Shown here piece by piece: positions 48,101 to 59,300 of a DNA stretch of 64,000 bases. The translations under genes and the position numbers were made by a program. Origin of the DNA: Nemertoderma westbladi (taxonomy: Eukaryota > Animalia > Xenacoelomorpha). Location of the stretch: the NCBI GenBank assembly GCA_032718475.1, contig JAUCBJ010001093.1, positions 1 to 64,000 of the forward strand, in the 5' to 3' direction. Position 1 is the stretch's first letter; each line of letters opens with the position of its first letter. A model generated the notes under the pieces. It had not been told where the DNA came from and did no database searches. It saw only the letters and a list, made by a program, of their open reading frames with translations.

Positions 48101-51100
48101 CTTTCCGACGGAATATACCTACCGATCGAGAATACGGTAGCCGCGGGTTGGATTATTCGAGAAGAATAAACTTCGATCCCGAACAACACATGCAGACTGT
48201 AGGACATACTGTAGGCCTTACTGCACATACCGTAGGCCATACTGAGAGAGGCAATGTAGGCGATAGGATAGCGTGGACAACGGGATTAAACCCGGAAGTC
48301 GCGGAATACATACCGGCGGGTAGGCCAGAAGCTGATAGGCCTATACCGGTACCAGTACAGCAGTATGACTACAGCATGCAGGGACATAACATATACCCAG
48401 GGGAGGGGGGAATTATTGCGGATAGGTGCATGGGCCCCAACATATTAACATCAACCCCAGTACCAAACATACCGGTGGGGGGGGGGGGGGGGGCGACAGG
48501 GTGACATTCCCCCATCACAATATCAACAATATACCCCGATAGGAGCAAGAACAACGAGACCCTTGGATGAGAATAGGTCGTGTGATACAGACATATGGAG
48601 GGGGCCGCTACCCCCGATGACATACCCAAGTCAGAGGAAGTCAAGAAATAGGACAGACGGAACGCACCAGACAGGAGAAACTATACAGCATCCGTCGAAC
48701 CCATTGGAAGCGCAGGCGATGGGGATGGCCACGTTGATCGATGCGTTGAAAACGAGGATCGAGCTACCACCCGTGGAACCATTCAAATTCGATGGGAGTA
48801 GGCCGGAAGAATATCTACAGTTTCGGCGCATGTATAGTAACGAAATACTAACAAAAAACTTGACGCAGGCGGAGTGCCTAAAGTATCTGCAAGTGTACAC
48901 GGGAGGCCCAGCATACGATATCGTGAGGCAGTATCAAGGAATAGAGGGCGGCTTCACGACAGCATGGCGGGCACTGGATAGGGAATACGGGCACCCGGCC
49001 AAGATCATCAGGCAGACGCTGAGAGGCATAACATCGGGTGGCCTACAGGATAATCCCGTTAGCATTAAGACGTTCGCTAACAAAGTCGAAAAGGCGCTAA
49101 TCGTGCTGAAGACGCTAGACGCGCCGTACGAGCTCAATGCGTCCAACAACATCACCACGATAGCGCAGGCACTACCAAACTGGCTGCGCAACAAGTGGAG
49201 GAAAATCGCCTTCTCCACTCGAGATAAGAAGGGTGCGGAACCGGGTTTAGAAGAAATGTCAAAGTTCTTAAACTACGAGGCTGAGCTAATAACTGACCCA
49301 GTCTATAGCGAAGACAGCCTGGGAAAGGGACCGAAGACAGACTACCATAGACCGAAACCAGAGCACAACACATCAAACGCATTACCGAGACTCAGGCAAT
49401 CATTGCCATATGCAGCGACGCAGGGGACTGCAAGTCCACAGCTAGCCGAGGATAAGACAACACCATGGAATGGACAGGGAAACAATAACAACACGAATAA
49501 ACATAACCCCAGTACGTCCAGTAGGCTAAATCCAAACAATAAGAATAGTAGGGACTTTGGTACAAACGCAGCTGCGATACGCAATGCACTGTATAAAGAG
49601 GGCTACGACCCAAAGAGCAAATGCCAGCTACACGCAAATGCGCTTCATCAAACCATGAACTGCAGGTACTGGCAGGCGCTACCTAGGCAGGATCAGATAG
49701 ATTATGCGTTCAGCAATAAAATCTGCTCGCGATGTGTAATGAGTGGATATAGAGCAAGGGAGTGCAAGGAGAAGCCAATAAAATTTGGTCAAAGGAGAGG
49801 CCAAACGATGGCGACCAGCACAGTAGGGGCGAAGAAGAGGGGAACGGTGTTACTTGGAGTAGTACCAGTGCGAGTGATCGGGGAAGGCAATCGATCAGTA
49901 ACAACACTAATGCTGGTTGATAGTGGAGCTGCCTTCACATTAGTCGAGGAATGGGTGGCCGAGGAGATAGGATTGAGAACGAGGCCAAGCAGGATGGCGG
50001 TAACAACCATCTCTAGCAAAGATGAGATCCTGGAGATGAGAACAGGACGGTGCGCAATTGCAGCAATGACACCAGGATGCAACTATGGGGCAACCATCGA
50101 CCCCATCCAGGTGATAGAGTCAATTAATATTAATGCCAGGCGACCAACCAACATCGAGGTCGAGCAGTATAAATTCCTGGACGACATTGACTTCTCAATC
50201 CCAGACGTGGACGTTAGGAAGGTGTCCATCATAGTAGGCATGGACTGCCCAACGGCCCACGAAAGAATGCAAACGGTCTTCGGCGAAGACAAGCAGAGTG
50301 ACCCGGTGGCCATATTAACACCATTCGGGTGGACACTGACAGGCCCAATTAAGAGCAATATACCATTCCATGTGTCCGAGAGTTCAGGATGCATGGTGCC
50401 AGGAACTGACGAGATAGAGGAGAGGCCAGAGATGGGCAATAGTGGTAGACAGCTAGAAGTAGAAGCAACACCAAGAGAGTGGGCGGAGGAGAATGGTATG
50501 GATACAGAAGATCTAGAGACGATGGGTTGGAATAAGGGTCCCAGCAAGTATCGGTATGGAGATGGAGAGGAGCGGACGGTGGAGTGTCGGGAGGACAAAC
50601 CGGAGAAGTGTCCGGTGGAGTGTCCAGAGGAGCGTCCGGAAGAGACGCCGGTCCGGTTGAGAGGCATACCGACAAGGGGGAAGCCGAGTAAGAATACAAG
50701 ATGGAAAGGGAGAAGATGTGAGACGATCAGACCAGGGGCAGAGAAGCCCATGAATAAACATATGGTGGACAAAGGAGCCGGGAGAGTAGGAGGCGTGCTG
50801 CGTACGCACGCGGAACTGACAGAGTGCGAGGGGGCATTACATAGGCAGACATCGTGTATACCGAAGGACGAACGGGGGTCGTTGAAGCCTTTAATGCCAG
50901 CACACATATTAAGGGGGAGGCCAGCAGAGGTGGCATCTAAGATTAAGGAGAAGAACAGGGGCGGCATTATACCGCCGGGTGACACGTTGAAGGGTGGCAC
51001 TTTGCCGCCAAGGGACGACCACGAGATCAGAAACATAAATAACAGACAGCATTTGCAAAAACAGGAGAAAAGACCACCTATCGAATTGACAAGGAGAGCG

Positions 51101-51220
51101 GAGCGAAGAATTAGAGAACCTATAAGGGGGCAGTGGGAGAGTTGCCTGCTGGAGGAATCACCCCTTGGGTCGCTGAGTTGTCCAACAGGTTGGACTGGGA
51201 TGGAAGAGTTACATCCGTAA
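45193..51220 (+). CDS. gag: BEL/Pao Gag-protease polyprotein (about 2000 aa if three G-run frameshifts are corrected)
   Basis: Four ORFs switch frame at G homopolymers. Motifs: ELPPVEPFKFDG (DUF1759-like gag), CQLHANALHQTMNC and CSRCVMSGYRAREC knuckle-like motifs, protease MLVDSGA..IIVGMD, and the BEL-typical PVAILTPFGWTLTGP. Confidence 0.8.
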
Positions 51221-51399
51221 AAGGTGCGGGCAGAGGTGTTACCTGTCTGTTAGAAGGGGCACCTTAGTAGAGTTACAGAAAAGTTTAGTCGTCCAAGTTT
51301 TGGACTGAGGGGGGTGGGATTGAGGGCGAGACGCCCTTCCCACAAACAAAATAATAAAATAAAATAAAAAAAATAGTACATGGTAGGTACGCAGTCAGT

Positions 51400-52100
51400 A
51401 GGCAGAGAGTTAGTTAGAAGGTACGTAGTACCTAGTTAGTTAGTTAGTTAGGAGGTACGTAGTACCACCAGTTAGAGAGTTAGTTAGAGGGTACGTAAGT
51501 ACCGTTAGTTAGTTAGTTAGTTAGGAGGTACGTAGTACCGCCAGTTAGAGAGTTGGTTAGAGGGTACGTAAGTACCGTTAGTTAGTTAGTTAGCTAGGAG
51601 GTACGTAGTACCGCCAGTTAGAGAGTTAGTTAGAGGGTACGTAAGTACCGTTAGTTAGTCAGAGAGTTAGAGGGTACGTAGTACCGCTAGTTAGTTAGAG
51701 TTAGAGGGTATGTAGTACCGATAGTTAGTTAGAGAGTTAGAGGGTACGTAAGTACCGATAGTTAGTTAGAGAGTTAGAAGGTACGTAGTACCGATAGTCA
51801 GTTAGAGAGTTAGAGGGTACGTAAGTACCGCTAGTTAGTTAGAGAGTTAGAGGGTACGTAGTACCGATAGTTAGTTAGAGAGTTAGAGGGTACGTAAGTA
51901 CCGCTAGTTAGTTAGAGAGTTAGAGGGTACGTAGTACCGATAGTTAGTTAGAGAGTTAGATGGTACGTAGTACCGCTAGTTAGTTAGAGAGTTAGAGGGT
52001 ACGTAAGTACCACTAGTTAGTTAGAGAGTTAGAGGGTACGTAAGTACCGTTAGTTAGAAGAGTTAGAGTTAGAGGGTATGTAGTACCGTTAGTTAGAAGA
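51400..52100 (+). repeat. Internal tandem array (about 19 units of about 36-37 bp), each with a GGTAC-GTA(A)-GTACC hairpin
   Basis: Unit approximately GTTAGTTAGAGAGTTAGAGGGTACGTAAGTACCGCTA, between gag-pro and ORF3. Confidence 0.9.
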
Positions 52101-52582
52101 GAGAGAGTAAGAGGTAAAAGGGGATATAGATATAGATATTAGTTAGCAGTTAGTAGAGAGAGGGGGGCATATGAGTACAGCTGGGTAAGTCGTGTGGCCA
52201 CACGACCCATACTGCTGCACTGCCATACCCACAGAGTAGGCCAGAATGTGGATTAGAGAATAGAATAATCCATAGGCAGTAGTAAGTAGTAGGACAGCAG
52301 AATCAAATTAAATAGATAAATAAATAGAATAGGGCTGAAAGTTGTAAAATAGTGGCAACACAAGGGAAGTTATTCTAGAACATAATAAAAGTAACGGACA
52401 GAAATTGTAAATTACGCTCATTTACTAGCTTCAAAATTAATTAGGAATAATTTAGGTTAAAAGGCGCAGTTAAGTAGGAAATAGGCCATTATCGAACCGT
52501 ACAGAACATCTTAGATACATCACTCATCTGTATTGCGCCTTGGTAAGGCACCACCTTGCAGGTGAGCGAGTGAACGTTCAGA

Positions 52583-55135
52583 ATGGCGAGTAAGTTGATC
52601 AGAAAGAGAAAAGCGGAGTCAGGAGGAAAGGAGATACTGGTGGATTTCACCGAGAGACATCCGGAAGAGAAGACGAGAGGATACTACGAGAGGTTGGAAA
52701 GGGGTCACGCGGCGCGAGCGCTGCAGGATCACTTCAGGGAGATGCACGAACAGCGGCTGGTCGGGACCTATGGGACGCCGTCGCTGGACAACGCGATCTT
52801 CCAACACTTCCACTACGTGGTGAAAGGGGACGAGGCGAAGTTCGGGATTCCGAAGTACCCGAAGGAATCACCGAGGAAGGACTGGAAGAGATTCATAGAG
52901 TCCGTCAACAGAGGAGGATATATGATCCTAGACGACGAGGGAACCGTGGAAGACGAGGCGGGTTCGAGACGAGGAACGGCGGGGTCGGCCAGGACCATAC
53001 TCCTACATTTGGCCGCGCCAAATGGGGACATCTTCTTATTCGATCTAGGAACGTATGGGAAGAAGGACGGGCTGAAATTAAACCGGTTACCGAAAGCGGT
53101 ACAAGTCTTAGTAAGAGAGAAGTCGACGACGAAAGTGGGATCGGCGATTCGCGAGGACGCGGAGAGGATCATCGGTCCGGACGCCACCAACCTCCTGGAT
53201 ATGCAGAAAGTCTTTATGGCTATGACGGCACCGGATGGGTTGGGGGTAGTCGAAAACACAGGCCAATGCGGGGCGGTGGCGATGGGCCAATTATTGGGGC
53301 TCGTATGCCACAAACCGATGGACTGGGGGAAGTTTAGGGAAGAATACGGAGCAGAACTAGCGAACTCGCTAAAGTGGGGAGCGAGACCGGGAAAGCAGGA
53401 GGTATATCAGTTCCGCAGGGGAGCGATAAAGGTATATCAGAAGCGATATATCCTGCAGGAGGACTGGATGATGATAAGTTTGCTCAACTTATTCATGACC
53501 GTGGTTATCGAGAGGGAACCAGGGGCATTTCTGTTATCGGGATCACCCCTAAGCTACAGGAGAGCCTTTAAGACGGCCTTTGACGGTCTGGTAGACCACC
53601 CGGGGCTGAAGGGCGAGTCGGTGTACTACAACAGCCGACATCTGGTAGACGGGGAGACAGATACACCGTATCAGAGATGGGAGCAGCTAGAGACGGATAG
53701 ACGAGAAGCAAAGCGACTGGAAGAAGTCACTAGACGGGAGAGGATAGAAGCAGAGGAGAGGGAAGAGGAGGCCAGGACACAGAGTTACGGCTTCGAGGAA
53801 CAGGCAGGCCTAGACGAACTTCATTGGACTTCATCAGGGAGTTCGGGGGAGTCTCTAGGGCGAGAATTGGGATGGACGGTGGGATCGCCGAAACAGTCGA
53901 CGTCGGGGTTGCAAACGATGCCCATACCAGCGGGCGCCGAGGGCGACCAACCGCCAAGGAAGTTAAGGGAGCTGGAGGGATGGAGAGCTACGGGCGAGAG
54001 CCAAGGCGGGAAGGGACATAGTGGATCCATCGGGATACCGGGGTTGGAGACACTGCCAGAAGAAGAGGAGGACGACGACGACGAGTTCGGAGAGATGCCG
54101 CCCATCGAGAGGATAGGCCACTCGGACACGGACTGGGTTGGCGGAAGGGTGGTGACGGCCAGTGGGGCGAGGGCCTTCTGGAACAGATCCGGCAAGCGGA
54201 CCTGGGTGCACGAGGACCCGGCGATGGATTTCGCGGGGAGCACCATCAGGTTGGGCGAACAACCGGGGACGGCACCACGGGTAGTATTCGGGGAGACGAT
54301 GCCCGAGAGGGGCGGAGAGATCGACGTAGATAGAGAGACCAACGTAGAGAAGTTCGCCTACCAGCGACTCCACAGACCGCGGAGATCGCTTGGGACGAAA
54401 GACGAGGTGGGACGGGAGACATTGGTACTCGGCTGCGACTACTGTGGGAGACAGACCCATCGGGAAAGCAGCTGCCTATACCGGTTCCAAAAGGGAACCT
54501 TTTGTCTCTACTGCAGAGAACCAAGCCACAGGATGGGGGCGTGTCCACGGTTGCATAACCGATGTCCAAAGTGCCACTTTCGGGGACACTACGGACGCGA
54601 GTGCGACTGGATGAACGACGATGAGAAGTTCACAAGATTCGAGGAGTGGGCCGACGTCGGGGCCATGACGCGCCAGCGCATGAAGGCCCAGGAGTTCAAG
54701 TGGGGTTTCTTCCTTATCAATCAGGAGACTCACATGGAAATCATAAAGCGGAGGCTACCGTTTACCTACCAAGAGGTAGCAACGGCGGCGTCATACACTG
54801 GAGTGATGAACACGCAAAGGTATTTGGACAGGTGGACGCCTGAGAACCGAAGGGAGTTTAGGGATTTCTTGGCAGAGCACGTACCAAAGGCAATGAAAAT
54901 GATCCTATGGGACGCCACCAGAGGGAGACAACCGGGCCACTCTGAGGGGCCACCGGCGAAGCGATATCGGGCACTAATAACACCAGCGCCCAAAGAGCCA
55001 ACGACCGGGATCAGCAGGGAGGTGGCGGCGAAGGTCCAAAAGCAGAAAGCGGATGATGCCAGAGGAACGGTGATAACCAAGAAACGACCCAGGGAAGAGG
55101 ACGCCAGGGGGAACTATCCCCAGAGGAACAGATAG
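52583..55135 (+). CDS. ORF3: DEDDy (DnaQ/RNase D/WRN/mut-7-like) 3'-5' exonuclease domain plus three CCHC zinc knuckles
   Basis: Open 850-aa ORF. ExoI-like ILDDEG, LLHLA..IFLFDL, LP..V..LV, ExoII-like KVGSAIRED, LLDMQ and ExoIII-like YQKRYILQED. Knuckles are CDYCGRQTHRESSC, CLYCREPSHRMGAC and CPKCHFRGHYGREC. Confidence 0.75.
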   Translation: MASKLIRKRKAESGGKEILVDFTERHPEEKTRGYYERLERGHAARALQDHFREMHEQRLVGTYGTPSLDNAIFQHFHYVVKGDEAKFGIPKYPKESPRKDWKRFIESVNRGGYMILDDEGTVEDEAGSRRGTAGSARTILLHLAAPNGDIFLFDLGTYGKKDGLKLNRLPKAVQVLVREKSTTKVGSAIREDAERIIGPDATNLLDMQKVFMAMTAPDGLGVVENTGQCGAVAMGQLLGLVCHKPMDWGKFREEYGAELANSLKWGARPGKQEVYQFRRGAIKVYQKRYILQEDWMMISLLNLFMTVVIEREPGAFLLSGSPLSYRRAFKTAFDGLVDHPGLKGESVYYNSRHLVDGETDTPYQRWEQLETDRREAKRLEEVTRRERIEAEEREEEARTQSYGFEEQAGLDELHWTSSGSSGESLGRELGWTVGSPKQSTSGLQTMPIPAGAEGDQPPRKLRELEGWRATGESQGGKGHSGSIGIPGLETLPEEEEDDDDEFGEMPPIERIGHSDTDWVGGRVVTASGARAFWNRSGKRTWVHEDPAMDFAGSTIRLGEQPGTAPRVVFGETMPERGGEIDVDRETNVEKFAYQRLHRPRRSLGTKDEVGRETLVLGCDYCGRQTHRESSCLYRFQKGTFCLYCREPSHRMGACPRLHNRCPKCHFRGHYGRECDWMNDDEKFTRFEEWADVGAMTRQRMKAQEFKWGFFLINQETHMEIIKRRLPFTYQEVATAASYTGVMNTQRYLDRWTPENRREFRDFLAEHVPKAMKMILWDATRGRQPGHSEGPPAKRYRALITPAPKEPTTGISREVAAKVQKQKADDARGTVITKKRPREEDARGNYPQRNR

Positions 55136-55807
55136 GTTCCCAGAGTCGAGGGAGAGAGACTGGGACTTGGACGTGGTACGCCTGAAAGGCGCCGCGTGGG
55201 ACGTACGAACTATTAAGTACAAAATTTAATTAATGCAAATAATCATATAAGTGCAATTTGTATGTACGTATGTAGCAATTAGTAATCTACGAATATATAC
55301 GCTGGGAGTAAGTACTATAGTCATACAACCTTTCTCAATTAGCTACTGGGACTGGGGGATAACTGACTATGGCACTATGGACGAGACACCAGACAATTTC
55401 ACACTTCTTGAGTGCGACGGCACAAGAGGGGGGGGAGATTCGTCAGAAGGGATGAGGCAGTCGAAGTGAGGTTGAGGGACAGAGTAGTAAGTGCGGAGTG
55501 CGGAGAGAGTGCGGACGCAATTCTAGTGTGGGGGGGGAGAATAAGAGGCTGAGTGAGGGACGAGGAGGTCCGGGTGTATGGGAGAGTCAGGATGAGAGTG
55601 AAGAAGAGATAGGGCGGAAGTGTTGGGGAAACAAAAGTTGCGTGAGAGGTGAACGCGATCGGCCCGACATGAGACGCCAGGCACACAGGGTAGCATTATC
55701 ATACCCATAGGGAGCGGCCTGGAAAGCCGGCTCCGAGAGAAAAGAATTCCACCCCACACCCGATACTAGATCGGGATCCAGCGGGATTGTAGCGCACTTT
55801 TTGGTTG

Positions 55808-55845
55808 ATGCTATCTTCTTACCGGGAAGATAGCATGGGGGGGAG
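55808..55845 (+). promoter_or_regulatory. Polypurine tract preceded by an 11-bp-stem hairpin
   Basis: ATGCTATCTTC-TTACCGG-GAAGATAGCAT, then GGGGGGGAG directly abutting the 3' LTR TGTT. Confidence 0.85.
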
Positions 55846-56385
55846 TGTTAGCTTATTCAATCCCGCTAACACCCCATAAAGTTATAAGCCGATAAGCAAT
55901 ATTGGGAGCCACGAGATTGGGTAATTAACCAACTCGTGCCATCCCAATAAGAATGGGAAGGAGAAGCACACAATGAGGGTCAGGGGCCAAACCCCTAACC
56001 CAGAGAGAATAGGTGGAGTGAACGGGAACACTCCAAAGGGCGCCAACAAGGGTATCAACCAATCAGAGGGGGGAAAGGCATCGATTAGGTAGAGTAACAA
56101 GGCCAACCGTGCAATATAGCCACTTGGCAGTAATAATACCAATTCAGTTATCTCAGTGCAATACCGGTGCTAGATTAGGTTACATAGTTTTAGATAGGGA
56201 AGGACTGGGACTTTAGTTACCGTATCCCGTCTTCCATGTACGACAATATTATATCTATATCTATATCTATATCTGCATATCCTATTATATACAACAAACA
56301 GCACAAACTCATTTACTCTTTATGCACGGCGGGGACGCGTGAACTAAAACCGGATAAACCGGGATCCCTCTTGGATCCCGTCACA
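55846..56385 (+). repeat. 3' LTR (540 bp)
   Basis: Direct repeat of 44585-45124, followed by the TSD CTTAC. Confidence 0.97.
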
Positions 56386-56390
56386 CTTAC

Positions 56391-59300
56391 AGTTAGTTAT
56401 TAATGATAATAAAGATATTATTTTATCAGTTAATCCGTGTAATATTTTAATCACAGGTGACTTTAATGCCGATTTTACTCGCGCTAGGGCGCATTGTAGT
56501 TTAATTAATAAATTGTTACAGGAATTTCAATTAGAGCGCCTCTGTGATTTAAACCCTGTTGATTATACATACACTTGTTTCAGAGAAAATTTAGTTTTCC
56601 AGTCTACGTTAGATCACTTTTTTAGTAATTTTATATTTTTTGATTTTTTTTTTTTTTTTTGCAAGATAACGGTGAGCTGATTCATGATCATACTCTAGTT
56701 AGTAATTTATTTAATAATTATTTTACTAATGTTGCCTCTAATTTAGTTAAGAAGTTACCGTTATCAAGTAATAAATATTTATAGTAATATATATTCGAGC
56801 AAATTCAAGACAATTAGCATAGCACAAATAGTAAGGGGTAATTTCTTTATATTTCTTAAATTTCTTTGTTCTTCGTCTCTATAAGGGAAAATAATTTTAT
56901 ATTTTTTGATAGTATTTTAGAGTCCAGTGTAATACTAATCTATCATCCCACTGTCCAATATTCCTCAAGGTAGATTTAGACTACTCCAGTGCACAACAGG
57001 AAAACTGTGTTAATTCCGCCAATAATACTCAAAAAACTAATGTTAAATATAATCAAGCAACCAGTGCTCAGCAAGACGAGTATAGAAACCATTTATTTTC
57101 CAATTTAAGTGTTATAGCCGAAACGGTGCCTATTTGTGTTTCATGTAGTGATATTTTCTGTACTGATAGTGAACATAGATTATCTATTTAAAAATACACT
57201 TTAGATATTCTAGATTGTATAGATAATAGTAGTAAATGTTTAGTAAATAATAGTGGTAATGGGGGGTCTCCTTTTAATCATCCCATTCTCGCCGGCTGGA
57301 CTGAGCATGTGAAGCCATTTAGGGATGAGTCTATGTTCTGACATTCCCTGTGGGTGTCCTCGGGTTGTCCTAATGCTTCCGTAAACAGTCATTTATTTCA
57401 CATGCGATGGATCTCTCGGGCTCAATACAAGTATGTCATTCAAAGGTTGAAACGCTCAGTTGATAATGTGCGTCGCGATAAGTTGATTGATGCTTGCCTG
57501 AGAAATAATACCAATATTTTTAAGGAGATTAAGATACTCCGTTTTACTCCAAGTATCATGAGCTCAACCATTGATGGTTGTACTGATCCACAGTCAATTG
57601 CTAACCGGTTTGCTGGTATTTGTACAATCAACCCTATGGATCTGATGTAGAGTCACTCATGAAAGAAATCTCAGCTAAGTTAGCGGATTGTCCACCGGAC
57701 GTCATTCCCCATGTCTTTCCGGAATTGGTCACAGAGGGTCTTCATAGAATCAAAAGTTGTAAATCGGATGTAATCTTTGGTTTTGATTAGGACTGTCTGA
57801 TCCATGGTCCTCCAGAGTTGTGTTTACAACTTAGTGATTTGTTTAATACTTTTCTCACGCACGATTTTGTCCCTCAATTTCTATCGAGTTGCGTAATAAT
57901 TCCTTTGATCAAGGATAAGCTTGGAGACGATGCTGTCTCCAGCAATTACCGCACCATCGCGTTGTCATCAATCTTGATTAAATTGTTCGAATGGGTGATG
58001 CTTCTTTCACAAGCGGATCATTTGAAGTTAGACGAACTTCAGTTCAGATTTCAGAAAGGATCTAGTACAACTCATTGTACCTGGGCAGCTACTGAGGTAA
58101 TCAGTTTCTATTCTAGAAATTCTACTCCTGTAGTTGGCTATATGCTTGGAATGGTGTAAGTTGTTTCTTGAACTACTCGAGAAAGGGTTTTCCCTATTTT
58201 TCCTTCGGACCTTGTTATGGGTATATAGTAATCAATCATGCGTTGTTCGCTGGAACAATGCGAATTCTGAGTCAATTAAATTGTCTAACGGGGTTCGTCA
58301 GGGTTCAGTGGCATCACCAATTCTCTTCTGTATACTACTTGATAAACTGATTCATAAATTAAGGAACTCAAAAATAGGTTGTTACATTGGTTTAGTCTAT
58401 TTGTGGAATTCTCGTTTATGCAGATGATCTGTTATTGATCGATTATATTGATATTGATTGATTGATTGTTGTGTCCATCCATCGTAAGACTACAGTACAT
58501 GGTGAAGCTATGCGAAGAGTTCGCTGCCAAGCATAAGCTAATATTTAGTACGAATTCAAATCCTGACAAGTCAAAGTCAAAGTGTGTGGCCTTTGACAAG
58601 GTATGGCAGGAGCCTTTGGTCTCCATCGTATTGAATGGGACGTCCCTTCCATGGCTGAAAGAAGCTCTGCAACTTGGTAACCTTCTTGACTTCAAAAATT
58701 CAATGGAGCCTGATATTTTGTTAAATGGTGGGAAGTTTTTGGGCAAATTTAATTCATTAAGGGGGGGGTAGCGCATTTTCTGACCAAAAAGACGAATTTT
58801 TGAAACATGTCCTATCTGATGCAGAATTTCATGCTGAATCCAAATATGGAAACCGTTTTCCGATATCTTGCTTAGTTTTCGAGATATCTTGGATAGAAGA
58901 TACTAGCTCCGATATATCGCGATATCGGTAAAGGCGATGAAGTTCGGGGTTTTCATTCAATTCAAATTTCTGTAAATTTCTGTGCCCAGTGGTGCCAATT
59001 GGATGTCTCCACGAGAAAGAGCACAAAATTTTAATTGAGAAGGTATTTTTTTATGATTATTGGACCTACTGATCAGTTTATAAGACAACTTCAAGTCTCC
59101 GGAATGAAGACTGGACTCGAATAAGTGACTCTGCAGTCTTTGCGCGATTACACGGAATAGACTTATTGGTCATTGGAGATCTTAAAAATGTATAATCTCC
59201 AGTTCTAGTGGTCGTACGAAGTTCGTTTTAGGCTCATTCGAAAGCTATTTTCTTAGAGAACAAAGTTACCATTTGATTTAAGACAAAATGGTTGTACAGC

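Larger units (their letters stand above)
44585..56385 (+). mobile_element. Young non-autonomous BEL/Pao LTR retrotransposon (11,801 bp) with an extra exonuclease ORF
   Basis: Two 540-bp TG...CA LTRs, 5-bp TSD CTTAC (44580-44584 and 56386-56390), PPT, and BEL-type gag and protease. No RT, RNase H or integrase core was recognised. Confidence 0.93.

Noticed and set aside
51400-52100. CRISPR array or telomeric repeat next to a nuclease gene
   Set aside because: The spacers are not unique and there is no sustained TTAGG or TTAGGG run. It is an internal LTR-element tandem array.
52583-55135. env gene, or RNase H/integrase remnant
   Set aside because: There is no signal peptide or TM anchor. The motif order fits a DnaQ-type exonuclease rather than retroelement RNase H or a DDE integrase.
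45146-55222. Many long minus-strand ORFs within the BEL element
   Set aside because: These are shadow ORFs of purine-rich, repetitive plus-strand coding sequence, with no recognisable motifs.
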